64,000 nucleotides of DNA from Auanema rhodensis. Its lineage: Eukaryota > Animalia > Nematoda. The translations under genes and the position numbers were made by a program. Shown here in pieces: positions 13,327-26,600 of this stretch. Positions within the stretch are counted from its first letter, which is position 1; every line of letters begins with the position of its first letter. The DNA lies in NCBI GenBank assembly GCA_964057225.1, contig OZ059899.1, forward strand, positions 12,834,001-12,898,000. The letters are read 5' to 3'. The notes below the pieces were generated by a model. The model worked only from the letters and a program-made list of their open reading frames with translations. It was not told where the DNA came from and made no database searches.

Positions 13327-14376
13327 GCGCGTATGAACTTATCATGAAGATAGCTTGGCTTACTAACTGAAATTGTACAGAATAATAACTGGAATTGTTA
13401 AAGAAGAAGCCTATGAAGATAATATCAAATAGAAAAGACGCCCATATAGACAAACACAAGTGAAGTTCAGTTTAGTACGGCAGACATAAACGATGGGGAG
13501 CCCAAGGGAATTTTTCAGTTTCCGTTTGTGAAGGCTGGCGCGTCTGTTCTAACAACGGGAGGAGAAAAAGAAACGCAAGTCGATAGAGAAGATAATTGTG
13601 GGCTTTAAATCGTAAACTATAAAAAGCAATTTAAATATTATGAAGAGTGCGGTTAAAATCAAAACAAAGGTTCAGGAAAAGAAGGCAATTGCCAAGTTTT
13701 GCACGACGGTGGTGCAGCAGGCACCCAATGAGACCAGCATGAGAGAGTATTTAAAACGAAGAGAGCCCAAAGACAACATACATTTCGCGGTGGGTCATAC
13801 TATCTCGTGATGAGTTGGGAAGACAGGAACTTGAATCATTTGCTACGAGGAGCCACGATGGTATTCTAGCTACTCCTACCTGTCTCTATTTATCCATGCT
13901 CTGTATGTTTTGTTGTCTTTCGTTTTGTAACCGTAATTTCTTTCTCTCTATTGTGCCCACTATTTCGTAATACTTTCTCTTTATCTGAGTCTGTCCTCTT
14001 CATTTTCAATTGTTTTCTTTCTCAATATTCATGACTGTGATGGACGTGTTCCGTTTTATTCCGGTCTATTTTGTGTTTCAGCTTATTAAAAACGAATGTA
14101 GAGAGTAATGTTCTGGAAACATAGTGGTTCTCTCATTCTTTGTCCTACATACAATCTTCTATCTACAAAATATATCTCTAGAACTATATTTTACCATCCA
14201 TTTCGTTTTAATCCGTTCTCTGTTTAACTTCCTCGTCGACGCCTTTTTTGTCAAATCGTTGTCATTGTATGATTCTCTATTTGTGCAGGTTCAATTGACT
14301 ATCTGCCATAGAAGGAAAAATATGTGTTATTGCTGTTGCTAAAGGACGAATAGCTTCGGCTGATCAAGTCCTAAAG

Positions 14377-16713
14377 ATGACTCCTGTATTGTCCAGCAAT
14401 ATGAAACTATTTACATTTGCATTATGTGCATTGGCTTTCACTATTCTAGCTTTACAAAATGTTTCTGCTGCTGCTGCTTCTGAAGGAATCGTTGCCAACA
14501 AGACCGATGCATTAGGGTATGATATTGAATGTTTCAATCAATCACTTTACGATTTCTCTTTTTAGAACAGTCATCGATACTAATTCAACCAGTTTGGAAA
14601 AACACGGAGCAGCCATTGTTGGAAATGAAGTTCAAGAAAAAAAGCGCTCCCTAGTATGATTTCACATGGCATCTCATTATATTTTCTATAATTCCAGGCT
14701 CTATTTCTAATTCTATTCGTCATAGTTCTAGCCACTCTCATCGTTCATATGTTAATTATTTCCCAGATTCACTGGATTCCAGAAAGTTTAGCAATTGTCA
14801 TTTTGGGTAATCGTGTCATGTTTATGTGTTTATCAACATTTTGAACTTTTAGGGGCCGTCATTGGTTTTATTCTATCTTGTACGGAGAGAGATTGGAGTG
14901 AAATAGAAGCACTTAGTCCAGGTTTTGTTTATTACACTTTATATTAGGCAACAATTCACATCATTTAGATGTATTCTTCCTAGTTCTTCTTCCACCAATC
15001 ATATTCGAAAATGCTTATAATCTTAATAAGGGTTATTTCTTTTCGAATATTTGGCCGATTCTCACATTTGCTATACTTGGCACTGCTATATCAGCATTTG
15101 TAATTGGAATTTCTGTTTATGTTTTGGGACAAGTGAGATTGTCTAGTTTTTTAAATTTTATTTGCTTGGTTCTACTTAGGCTGATTTGGTTTTTCCTCTC
15201 AATTTATCCGAATGTTTTGCTTTTGCTTCTATGATTTCCGCTGTTGATCCTGTGGCTACTTTAGCTATCTTCCAAGCAGTGAAGGTTAAACAGATGGCTT
15301 TATTGAAATAGTTTCACGAGCTTAATATAGGTTGAGGGCCTCTTGTATATGTTAGTTTTTGGAGAGTCAATGCTGAACGATGCAGTTTCAATTGTTCTCG
15401 CTGATACAGCTTTACGACATTCGCAACCATCCGACTTATCAAACTTTCAAGTTATATCGAGTGTTATTGGAACATTCTGTACCACATTTGTTTTTTCTGC
15501 CTTGCTTGGAGTTGCAATTGGATTATTAAGTGCTTTGGTGAGAAATCATGACTATATGTTGTTAAAGACATTGATTTTTAAGCTGTTTAAACATGTTGAT
15601 TTACGAAAAACACCTTCGTTGGAATTCGCTTTACTTTTAGTTTTTTCCTATATTCCTTATGGATTTGCTGAGGCATTATCTTTATCAGGTACATTAACAC
15701 TTTATGGTGTTGTTTATGAGCAATATAACTCCAGGGATCATGGCTATTCTATTCTGTGGAATAGCAATGTCTCAATATACTCAACAAAATGTTAGTCCTG
15801 TAACACAGATCACATTTAGACAAACATTTAGAACGATTTCTTTCGTAGCTGGTGGGATTAATATCATATTAATTCTTCAATTTAATTAATGTATTACAGA
15901 AACATCTACTTTTGCCTATATTGGAATGGCTTTTTTTACCATCAAACTTAACTTTCAACCTGCTTTCATATTTTGGAGCTTGGTATGTTACCTTTCATGA
16001 CCTAATACGTTCAAATATTGTTTGTTCAGGTACTATGTTTGGTTGGTAGAGCGGTGAATGTGTTTCCATTGTCATATGTAGTCAATCAATGTCGACGTGA
16101 AATGCATATTTCTTTTAAAAATCAGATTATTATGTGGTTCAGCGGTAGGAATGCATGTGTCATAATATTGTGAGTCTTTTCAATTCAGGAATGCGAGGAG
16201 CTGTGTGCTTTGCACTTGTTTTATATATGGATATTGAACGTGAAAAGAAAACTGTAATTCTAACAACTACTCTCTTTCTGATTCTCTTTACTACAATCTT
16301 TCTTGGAGGAACAGCATTACCATTTATTCAACATATTAACAAGGCTTATCCAACTGAAAAGGCAAAGAGAAAGAGAAGAAAGGCTAAGCGTGATCGTAAA
16401 GCCATGTTATTGAGTAAAACACAGGAGATGGTATGTTGTGAACCTATATTTGATTCTTTTAACAAAATTTCTTGCTTAGTCGGTATTTGGAAGTTCCGAA
16501 TGGAAGCCACGTAAAGATCTAAACGATGTTTCAACGCGTATGGGGCGCGTCATGAAAGCACTTTTCGTCCGCAAATTTACTGCTGCCGAACGTTTGGAGA
16601 ACAGGGAGAAACTGGCCGCGGTCACCAAAAAGGTTCTAAACGATGATACTAACTCAGATGATGAATTGGATACAATGCAACTTCTACCTAATCAGGAACC
16701 AAGTTTAGCATAA
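14377..16713 (+). CDS. nhx-8: Na+/H+ exchanger, NHE8-like
   Basis: Signal peptide, [60 protein letters not shown]. Start could instead be ATG 14401. Confidence 0.88.
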
Positions 16714-17014
16714 TTGTTTTGACGTGTAGCCATACGTTTGCGGTCATTTTATCTTTTTTGCCTCAGCTTTTTCAATTCAGATACGGTTTTCGCTACATGT
16801 GATAGTTTTTGAAATCTTCTTTCTTGTTTTAACGCTAATTTATTAATACTCGGCCAAAAGCAGGGCATGTGCAAACTTAATAATCCTTATAATAACTTTT
16901 CTTTTGTATTATATATTCATTGACGAGTGCATTTATGTGATATAACTTCGTGCATTTTGCTTATAAGTGCATGAGCTGTAAATACATTTTAATTTCTTAA
17001 TTATCTGTTTATTA

Positions 17015-17015
17015 A

Positions 17016-17045
<30 letters not shown>
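17015..17045. repeat. (TTA)n microsatellite between the convergent nhx-8 and osr-1 3' ends
   Basis: About 9-10 tandem TTA units. Confidence 0.9.
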
Positions 17046-17050
<5 letters not shown>

Positions 17051-17085
17051 CACATTCTTATGATGTGTTCTGAGCGTCTGCTTGT

Positions 17086-20000
17086 TTAGTAGCCCGCAGC
17101 AGGCATATCAACACCAGCATTACCACCTAAGAAGCTGCGGCTTTTATGTTCAACTGAAAAACCGGCTTCATCTCCTGGTGACCATGTATTTGGAATTTTG
17201 AACGTGCTATCCCACTCTTCCCTGAAAGTTAGATTATAAGATTGCGAAGTAAGAGAGCATGAGCGCGCCTTGTTCGTCCTTGAGTTGAATAAGCGGTATT
17301 CAGGGCAGGCATGGTTGGATCTAAGGAAGGAACGATGAATCGACCTCCTGAAATATACATTGAAGAGATATGAATTGAGATAAGAATCACCGATTCCAGG
17401 AATTTCCTTTTCGGTAGCTCCAGTCCACCGTAACCTTGTATGTCTTCCCGTGGGCTTCCAAAACAAAGGTGGAACGGGCCGTTCTTCAACTATCTGAAAA
17501 AATTAATCTGTAGCTTCTTATTTCAAAGTTTTTCTAAAGGTTGTACTCTGATTAAAAGCTATATACCTGAGTAACTTTGGCATCAATAGGCTTCAACGTT
17601 TTCGAAGAAAATAATCTTGGATAAACTTTCATAGATTTGTAACGCATTTTACCCTTTTGCTCATTAGTAAGAACTTGTCTGTAAAGTTGGTATTACATGG
17701 AAGATTACAGCATCGCATTTACCTTCCTGTGAGCTTTTGCTCCAGCAAGTCGTCCAGGAAAAGTGGGGCAATATTTGGATTATTTTTTAAATTTTGAATA
17801 ACCTGAAGAAGAACTTCTCGTATACTAACATCTTCTCTCCTCAACTTACTCTACTTGAGTGAGATGCTACGCGTTCTTTACTTGGCATACGCCGGATTTC
17901 CTCTACTTCCGATGACTCCATTCCTATGAGAAGGGGAAGCATCTTTCTGGGTTTTTGCGGCAGTTTACGAGGAACGAAATAACCTGGCTGAGGCTTAGGG
18001 TTTACCATTAAAGGCTTAGGAGCCAGATATTTTTCGACGTCATTGACTCTGAAAAACAAAGTCATAGTTGGACGAAATTGTGTTATTTTGGGATGTGTAT
18101 TACCGATAAGTGAGTTGTGATAATACTCTCTTAACTTCATCACTTTTTTCCAGAGTATGAAGAAGATCAGAAGAGACTGATAATGGGGATCTTCTGAGAT
18201 TCTCTCTATATTCTGATTCCTTAAATACAGCACATGTACTATTATACATATTTATAATCTGGAAAACCTTAACATCCTTATCAGCATAAACATCGTGTAC
18301 TCCTAATACGATAGCAGCCTTACCATCTAAGCCAGGTGGCTGAAAAAAAAGCGAAATATCACAAGAGATAAGAGATTGTAATGATTTTCTGAAGAATTGT
18401 ATTGCTGATTTCACGACTAATCAATCAACCAGACAAGTGAATAATCTTAGAATAGATGATGAAAAACCCATTTTCACTTTCTCATTCGTACTGAACGGTT
18501 GCTTGCTCTTAGTCGCGATAATGAAACATATCAGTTTTCTTTCGAACATATCGGAAAAGACAAACAGAGGAAGTGGAACAGACAGGCAAACTACTTTGAA
18601 AGTTGAAGGAAAATGAAAAAATAAACAAACTAGTTCTTCATCCTCATTGAAAGCTGGGTCGTGATATCGCTTATCATGATTAGCTCGGTTCTAGAAAATT
18701 AAAAATGAGAGAGAGCATTGAAACATTTATTATCATGATATTAGTGAACATTATTAGAAATTCGAATAATTGATGCAATAGATATTGAGACGAAAGAGAG
18801 TGAGAGTTAGAGAATAAGAAGAGATCAAATAGCATGCTACTAGTACTTCGTTTTAATATGAGCTCTGTAAACTAACTATTTCCTCAGGGGTCATTTCCAT
18901 CGGATCATCATGTTGACGATTCCTTAATAGGGACGCTACATCATCACTCTAAAAAAGGGAAAACTATAAAAATGAATAGATAGTAATCTACTAACCATCA
19001 AAAGTTGTCTGAGTCGGGGGCTGTCAGACAGTCTGGACCTGAGTTCAGCTAAAGGCACATCATCATTCTCAATTGCAGGTGCTCGTCGTACAAAGTTTTC
19101 AGAGTTACGAGAGGGAACACCTGGATAATTTGCCATCTGAAAGATTAGACACATAAGTAAACTTAAAAAAAATAATATTACCATTAAGGCTTGTCTTTTA
19201 ATTTCTGCAGGAGGTGCTTGCATTGCTCTGGGTTGTTGAGGCATCTGAAAATTATGTTGTGAAAGAGCAAAATTGTATATCCTCTTACCTTGAATGGATT
19301 TCTTCCAGCAATTATATTGGCTACAAGACCAGGAAGAATCTGTTTTTGGAATTTATCAAAAACTGCTTCAGCAACCTAGAAACACGAAATATTTGAAAAT
19401 CTCTATGGTCTCTAGAAACCTGCTCAGCTGGGTCTTGATTCTCCATTTCTTGCTGTGTTTTGATAGCTTGCTCGATACCCTTCAAACTACTCGCGATGGG
19501 AATTCCATTCTCATTAAGCATATCAACAAAAGGATTTCCTAAATTTGCATTTTGAAGTACAATTATCGGTTAAGTTTTCTATTTTACCAGTTTTAGGTTG
19601 AAGCTTAGCCATTTCAGCTTGCTGCATAACGGCATCAGTAGCCAATTCTTCAACACTCATCTTTTTGTATTTCTCATACTGAAACATTTAGAAAAACTTA
19701 AAGAGATTTTCGATATTTCAAAAATTAGATCAAAGTTTTGCCATTTTAGAAGCGAAAGTGATATAACATGCTTCTATAAATGATAGTCTGAAGAAGGGAA
19801 AGTGACCTGAATTGAAGTGAAAGAAACGAAAGATACGATAAAGGAACATCTTTCATCAATCACCTGACTACAGCAAAAAGCAAGGAGGCCGAGTCCTAAT
19901 TCCCCTTTGCCTAAGCTTTTCAAGAACATTGAGCATATGACTAACCTGCTTAGGGTTTACTTTTTCTAATACTTCTAGTTGTGTTTTAAAAGCTCCTTTA

Positions 20001-20316
20001 GCCATTTCGACTTGACCTTTCTTGATGAGAGCGTCTATAAGTCCAGGTTTTTCTGGTACGGTTTCTAACACAAAGCTGGACAAACCTATAAACTTCACAC
20101 CAACCATCTCGATAGCTCTTTTACTTGGTAAAGGAATAACTGAACGAGAACTCTCTCCATTTTCACTTGAGTCATCTGAATCGTCATAGCCACGAGTACT
20201 AGCTGGCACTAAAACCAAAGGAAAACAAGCAATGAAGAATGTTGTAACAAGAAAAACTATAACTAACCTAAACTGCCAGCAAGTATTATAAAAATGCCTA
20301 ACCAGCGGGAACGCAT
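17086..20316 (-). CDS. osr-1: Osmotic stress resistance protein OSR-1 (nematode-specific, signal peptide)
   Basis: DALIKKGQVEMAKGAFKTQLEVLEKV..YEKYKKMSVEELATDAVMQQAEMAKLQPKTGNPFVDMLNENGIPIASS matches C. elegans OSR-1 as recalled. Start MRSRW|LVIVFLVTTFFIACF (35-nt intron), or ATG 20428. Confidence 0.82.
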
Positions 20317-20637
20317 TGGATAGCAGAGACTGCGCAAGGATTCCTCCAGCTAGGACTATCCTGTGCTTTCGGACGAAGTGGGCGGAAGGAACAATAGCGG
20401 ATAACGGGAAAACAAGAATAGCAGACATCTCCAGAAATTTCGAAATGATAATCTAAAATCCGTTTCACTTCCCCACTAATACGAAGATGTTCTATGAATA
20501 AATATTTATTATGTTTGATTAGCCATTAAAGCAAGCTCAGAAATAAAAAAAATTAATAATTCTTATAAATAAAACAATCGAGGCAATGCAGATCACAAAC
20601 GCTTGCATAGGAAAATGTAATTAAACTGTCAGTATAT

Positions 20638-23600
20638 TTAGTTAAGAGAAGAATTTGCAACAGCGGCTACTCCACGCTCGAAGAAGGCTGTTACTGGTGA
20701 AGCATTGAAGGAAACGGATGCAACTAGTTGTTTACGGTCACCATACAAATAGAGTGGTAATTGTACTCCAGCTGGTGATTCCTGGAATTTAAAAATTGAT
20801 TAAAAACTTCAGGTTGGTAGGCAGAAGTATAATAGATAGCTACATACCTGTTTCCAACAGAACTCAACACAGTCGCAGAACGAGCGGACTTCGTCAGAAA
20901 GCTTAAGAGTGTTGCCTCCAGCAGCTTCAGCACCACGTAATTCAATACCTAAAATGATAAGTTAAGATATTAAAAGCCTTTGTAGGGTAAATACCTGTGA
21001 TTCGGAAAACATCTTGTCTATCAGTACGTCCAATGTTGACGTGTAGGTGTAATTGCTCAAGAGACCAGGTGTTAATTTGAGCAATTTGTTGTCTAGTAGC
21101 AGTGACATAAGCTTCAGCAGAGAATGTTCCTCCAAGCCAAACTTCTTCCTTCTACAGATACTTGATTAGTAACAGTTTTTAAAACTAAAAAATACCTTCA
21201 AGTTGTCACTGGATACTACACGGGTAAGTTGTTTCATACGCTCCACAAAGTCAAGCATCCAATCCATAACGGTGACACCCTTTGGTACAGTGTATCGTTG
21301 CCAGTTAGATGGTACCTGTAAGTAAGTAAGTAAAAAACTGAAATGAAACAAAACCAACTTGTCCCTTCTGAAGAGCTGATGCGAGAGCACGAGTTTCGTT
21401 GCTCTGCTTACGTTCGGCACGACAAACAGCCAAAACTTCTTCCAAGTCGTGCCGAATTTCGTTGAGAAGAACGATACCAAAGTTAACTTCTCTTTCGAAG
21501 AACCGGAACAATGGATCTTTAATGTTCTCAACAGTACGCTTCATGCGGGTTACATTCTAAACCAGGTAATAAGTTATTGTGCAAAAATAAAAAAATCTAC
21601 TTGTGGAAGAATCTTCAACCAATGCTGGACTAATTCACTAAGTTGAGCCATCCATTGTGGTTTTACTTCCTTCTCACCGTCGGTGGAGAAAGCAAGTTCA
21701 TCATCGGAAACCTTTAGCATATTTCTGAGCATTCCTTCTCCTATAATGCATAAACATTAAATTTAAACTTGAAAGACGTTGGTTATACCTCTAAGTGTAA
21801 GAAGAACCTTTTCAGCATTATTTGACAATCCAAGCCATGATGGAAGCTGGAATATGGAACATTAATACCATTCATCACTTTTGTGTTTTACCTGATGAGC
21901 TTTCAAACCTTCAACCCAAGCAATCAATTGATCCCTTTGAGAAACATCAGGAGTACAAAGTGGTTGATCTCCGTCGAACTTGGTAATGAGAACATGATCA
22001 GGATCGAAAGATTTTGGAGTAAACAGCTTTTCGAGGACGCAGTCAAGGAGAACTTGATCGAAATGGTTATCGATCTTTCCTCCGTAGATGCATTGACTGA
22101 GGAGAGTACGAAGAGTAGTCCATGGAAGTTTATCTGGGGCTACGTTGGCACGTCCTTGAGCAACAGAATCCATGGCAGCATCAAGAGTATCACAAGCAAC
22201 ACGGAGATCAGCATCAGAGAATTCATATCCATTGGCCCATCCAAGAGGGGTATATCTACAATAGCGAAATGTTACTGTTATTGTAAAGGAAGAGCATGCC
22301 TAAGTCTTTCTTGAACTAGGGCATGAAGCCAGCAAACAAGAAGATACAATCGACTACGTTCAACAGGAGGTTTAGCTAATCGAGTAGCAGTTAAGGAGGC
22401 GAATGATCGGAGCAAGTTAGCCTTAAGACCAGTGGCCGGTTCGAATACAACGCATCGAGATGCTCTCAATACAGAAGCAGGAAGCTGAAAAACAAAATAA
22501 ATATTATTAAAAAACGTTCCACTACCTTAGGATGAATTTCAGCAGTCAAGAAGAGACGGAACTGATTGTGTGGCTTCAATGTGTGAAGACGTTTCTCTAA
22601 TTGTCCCAACCATTGTGGAGCAAGATGAACGTTCTTAAGCAACACCCATCTGCCAGATTTTGAAGCAGAGGTGAGAGCCTAAATATTATTTTTCTAGAAC
22701 ACAACAAAAAGGAGAAATTTACCGAGTCAGCTTGATTGAAACCTTCAGCAGATCCGATAGCAATAGAAGTAACTTGACGACCAGTGTCAACACCAAGATC
22801 TTCAATCTTTCCAGAAGCATCGTAACCAGTTGCAGAACATAACAACATTGGTTCAGAAGATGAAATCTAATAAACAACATAAAAAAGAATGTTTTAGGGA
22901 ATCTCACCTCATTATCAATTATATCATGAAGATCGATAACCTTGTCTTGTTGCATGAATCCATCACCAAATACGGTTGACACAAGACGATGTGCAGAAGC
23001 CATAAGACGATCTGGACGCAAGCAGTTGATAACGATAAGTTCGTTGAGAGCTTCTCCAATAGGGGCTGAAATAGAACATGGTTTAGATTTTGGAGTTCTA
23101 ACATCTTGAACTGACTAAGCTTCTCGCCCTTTTCCCACACAGCTGGCACAGTTGATTCTGGGTTATCAAGATTGAGCCAAGATTTAATATCATTAGAGTT
23201 GGATTCCATATTTGGAATAATCTTTTCGAATCCTGGAAGCTTGGAGGCCTTGAGAAGAGCTTGCATTTGAGCAGATGTAAGATAGGAAAGTTCTGAAGGT
23301 GGAGCAGCAGTTGCACTGTTCTTTCCTGGGAACAATTCGCTTCTTCCAAGTAAGAAATCCCATTGACGGTCATAGGCTGGTTCATTAGAAACTCCTCGAA
23401 TATGGATTCTCATTAGAAGAAGAGCCAACAGAACCTTGTCAGTGTGAAGCATACCACGAGAAACTCTCTTATACACAATCTTAAATAATTAAATTAGACA
23501 AAAAGATCAAAATAAAACTACCTGGAAGAGATTGGCAGTGATAATTTGAAGACGTTGCTTATGATCTTGAAGTTGTTGAAGTTCTGATGATTTTAGAACG

Positions 23601-26600
23601 CAAGTAAAGATGTCGAGAAGGAAGTCCAATGAATAATGGTACAAGAAATGAACCTGGAAAAGGCAACTGTTTTTCGAACATTAAGAAAATCTTACTTCGC
23701 TGAGTTGTTGAAGTGTATGATAGATTTGAGAACAGGATGCAGCCAATCTTTGATACTGACCAGACACAGCTTCGACTTCGGCCATAACCTTATCAGTTTC
23801 GGCAGCTTTGCTGGCAACTTCAGAAGCTTCGGTCTTAAGCTTTTCAAGAGTTCCAATAACAGAGTTATCATCGAGAATCTTTCCTTTGCTTTCATTGAGA
23901 GCAGCGAGTAAAGCCTTCTCAAGATGACGCAGGCGAACAGCAAATTCTCCCTAAAATTCAATGTGAAGGTATTCTTGCGATCCGATAAAGTCATTACCTG
24001 AAGTTTAAGAAGATCACTTCTCTTCTTATCCACATCTGGACGTTCACTACGAAGAACTTGGTTGAGACATTGACTAGCAAGTGAAGAGCTGGTAACAGTA
24101 AAGTTAACGAAAGTGACACGAGAGCAGACATCGGGGGTGAACTCGACCTATAACGAAACATTGTTGCCATGTGATTTGATTATGAGAGACTGACCGAAGG
24201 ATCTCTGGTGATGAGGAATATTTGGAATGCTGGGGATAAGTCAATATCTTGATCACCAATGGTGATAAGAATACGACCACCAGTTCGCTTAACTTCTCTA
24301 TTGAGAACAGGGTTGAGGATAGGATCGTAGCTTTCAACATCTTGTACAAGGAGAGAGTTACCGAAACGGAGAGCAGATTCAAGGTTCTTTCTGAAATATT
24401 TAATAATTAAAAAAGATAAAAAAAAAAAGAAAAAACCTGAAAGAATCATCAAGGAAGCTAGTCTTTTGGATGTTTCTTCCGGCAAATTGTTTCATGATAT
24501 ACTCAGCTGCTTGGCCGGATGGATCAATGATAAGAGGATATCTGTTGAATCTGTGAAGCATGACAGCATTCTCAGAGCAAAGATCATCAACCTGAAAATA
24601 GTAAATGAGAACACACCGAACACCAATAACTTACAGGAAGAGAGTTTTGTTGCCACTGAAGACGCTCATCAACAGTAGATAAATACTCAATTCTAGCAAG
24701 ATCAGGCCTGAATTTGACGCCCGCCTTCTGTACTGATTCAGTCCATTTATGGAAAAGAAGATCACGAAGCTGTTGGTCGAAGTAACCAGCATATGAAAGG
24801 AAGGCTCCGGAAAGAAGAGCATCTCCAACAAGAGTGTCCATGTGCTGATCAAATCCGTTGCATCCCTTAGACCATCTGTCTCTTTCAGATCCAAGAGATG
24901 AGAGAAGTTCGGTAGAACGTCCGACTTTTTCTTGAACAGAAGCAAGATCCATCTTGATGCTTTCAGCTTGTCCAATAAGTTGGGCGTATTCTTCCTTGTA
25001 GGCAGAGATAGACTGTTCAAGTTGAGTAATACGCATTTTAATTTCTTCGCCCTCATTAGTTTTCTTTTGAGCATCTTTTTCAAGACGTTTCAATTCATTA
25101 CGAAGAGGTTCAACCTGTAAACTTATTATATAAGATCAAAACTAACATGAAATATACCTTGTGAAGCATTTCGGAATAGAGCAGTTGAGCTTTAGCCCAT
25201 TTAACCATAGGTCCGCAAGCTTGAGAAGCTCTGTTGATCTTTTCGAAATCCCAATCTGGATTGCTAACGTATTTCTCCATTTGTTTCAAGATTTCTGGAG
25301 TAATTGAATCAGTGTCGAAGGCAAGGATACGTGACATGAAATCGTCCTTGACCATAACTCCACGAATAGCCTAAAGAGCTTGATAATTTGAAGTAGACTC
25401 TAAATATGATCATACTTTCCAGTCAGTTCCAATATTTTCTCCCAAAAGAATGCAAATGGCTTCAAGGGCCAATTTGACCATAACGGGTGGACTAGCCATA
25501 GAACGAACTTCGACGAGTTGGTTCTTACGAATTCCTTTAACAGCTTGTTGAGCTTCTTCGACAGCAGGCTCGACCTAATGTTCTCAGTTAGCTGGGAATA
25601 AAATATTACATTTAGTATACCTGGCTAAGATCCTTTTGGACTTCAGTTTTCTTGGCAGCAATCTGAGTAAGTTGTTCAGCTAATTCCTTTTGGAGTTGTT
25701 CCGAGAGTTTCTTTTCATCCTCAGCCTTTTGTTGATCGTCGAGCATTTCCTTCAGCTTAGCATTAGCAGCGGTCTTCTTCTCTTCAAGTTCTCTACTCTT
25801 CAAGGTTAAACTCTTCTGGAGTTCCTTAACCTGTTCTTCAGTTTCTCTGAAATAAATTAGTCAAGGAACGTAAACTTGAACTGTCTTACTTGATCTTATT
25901 CAAACCAATGTTAAGATGAATCTTTTCTTCTTCAAGCTCTTGACGCTTTTCGTGGAATAAGTTCATGAAATGCTTGATAAGATCCAAGAAATGTCTTGGA
26001 GTAACAGCCATAACGCGGTGTCCACGTTTCTGTTCTTGATCGTTAAGCTTTTGAACGGCTTTGTGGCATTCAACCAAAGTGTTGATAACAGCATGACGGT
26101 AAGTAGGAGGACTTGGAAGAAGTTCGCAAACTGGAGTGATACCGAATGGAGCTTCATAATCAGAGCGGTCCATGTCAAGTTTATTAGTAAGCTCAGATCC
26201 CACCTAAGGCAGCCAAAGTTAGAAGAAAAATGAAAAAAGTATCAATTACCTGATACAGCGCAGTATCGGACCAATCTCCGAACCAATTAAGTACACATCT
26301 GTTGAACAAAGCTGGAGAAGTAGACGCTCTTTCTCTTAGTCCACTTCCGGATGGATTCATTGTGAATACTACGTGCAAGTTTCGCATAACTTGTGCGGTG
26401 AACCACTTGTAAAGCTCATCATGACTATCCAACATTAATCCTTGACGTTGAGCTCCCTCCTTGATTTGAGTCATGAGAGTAGTGTGCTCATCTCCTTCGA
26501 ACAATCCAGGAACCTGAATCAAATTATTCGTTATTTCTTCAATAAATATGAACTTACTTCTCCGTTAGCCAATAAAGTGTTGAGTCTTTCCAGGAAACCA

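Noticed and set aside
13805-13850. GTGATGA C-box-like motif between the NEURL2-like gene and nhx-8
   Set aside because: No D box or terminal stem at snoRNA distance.
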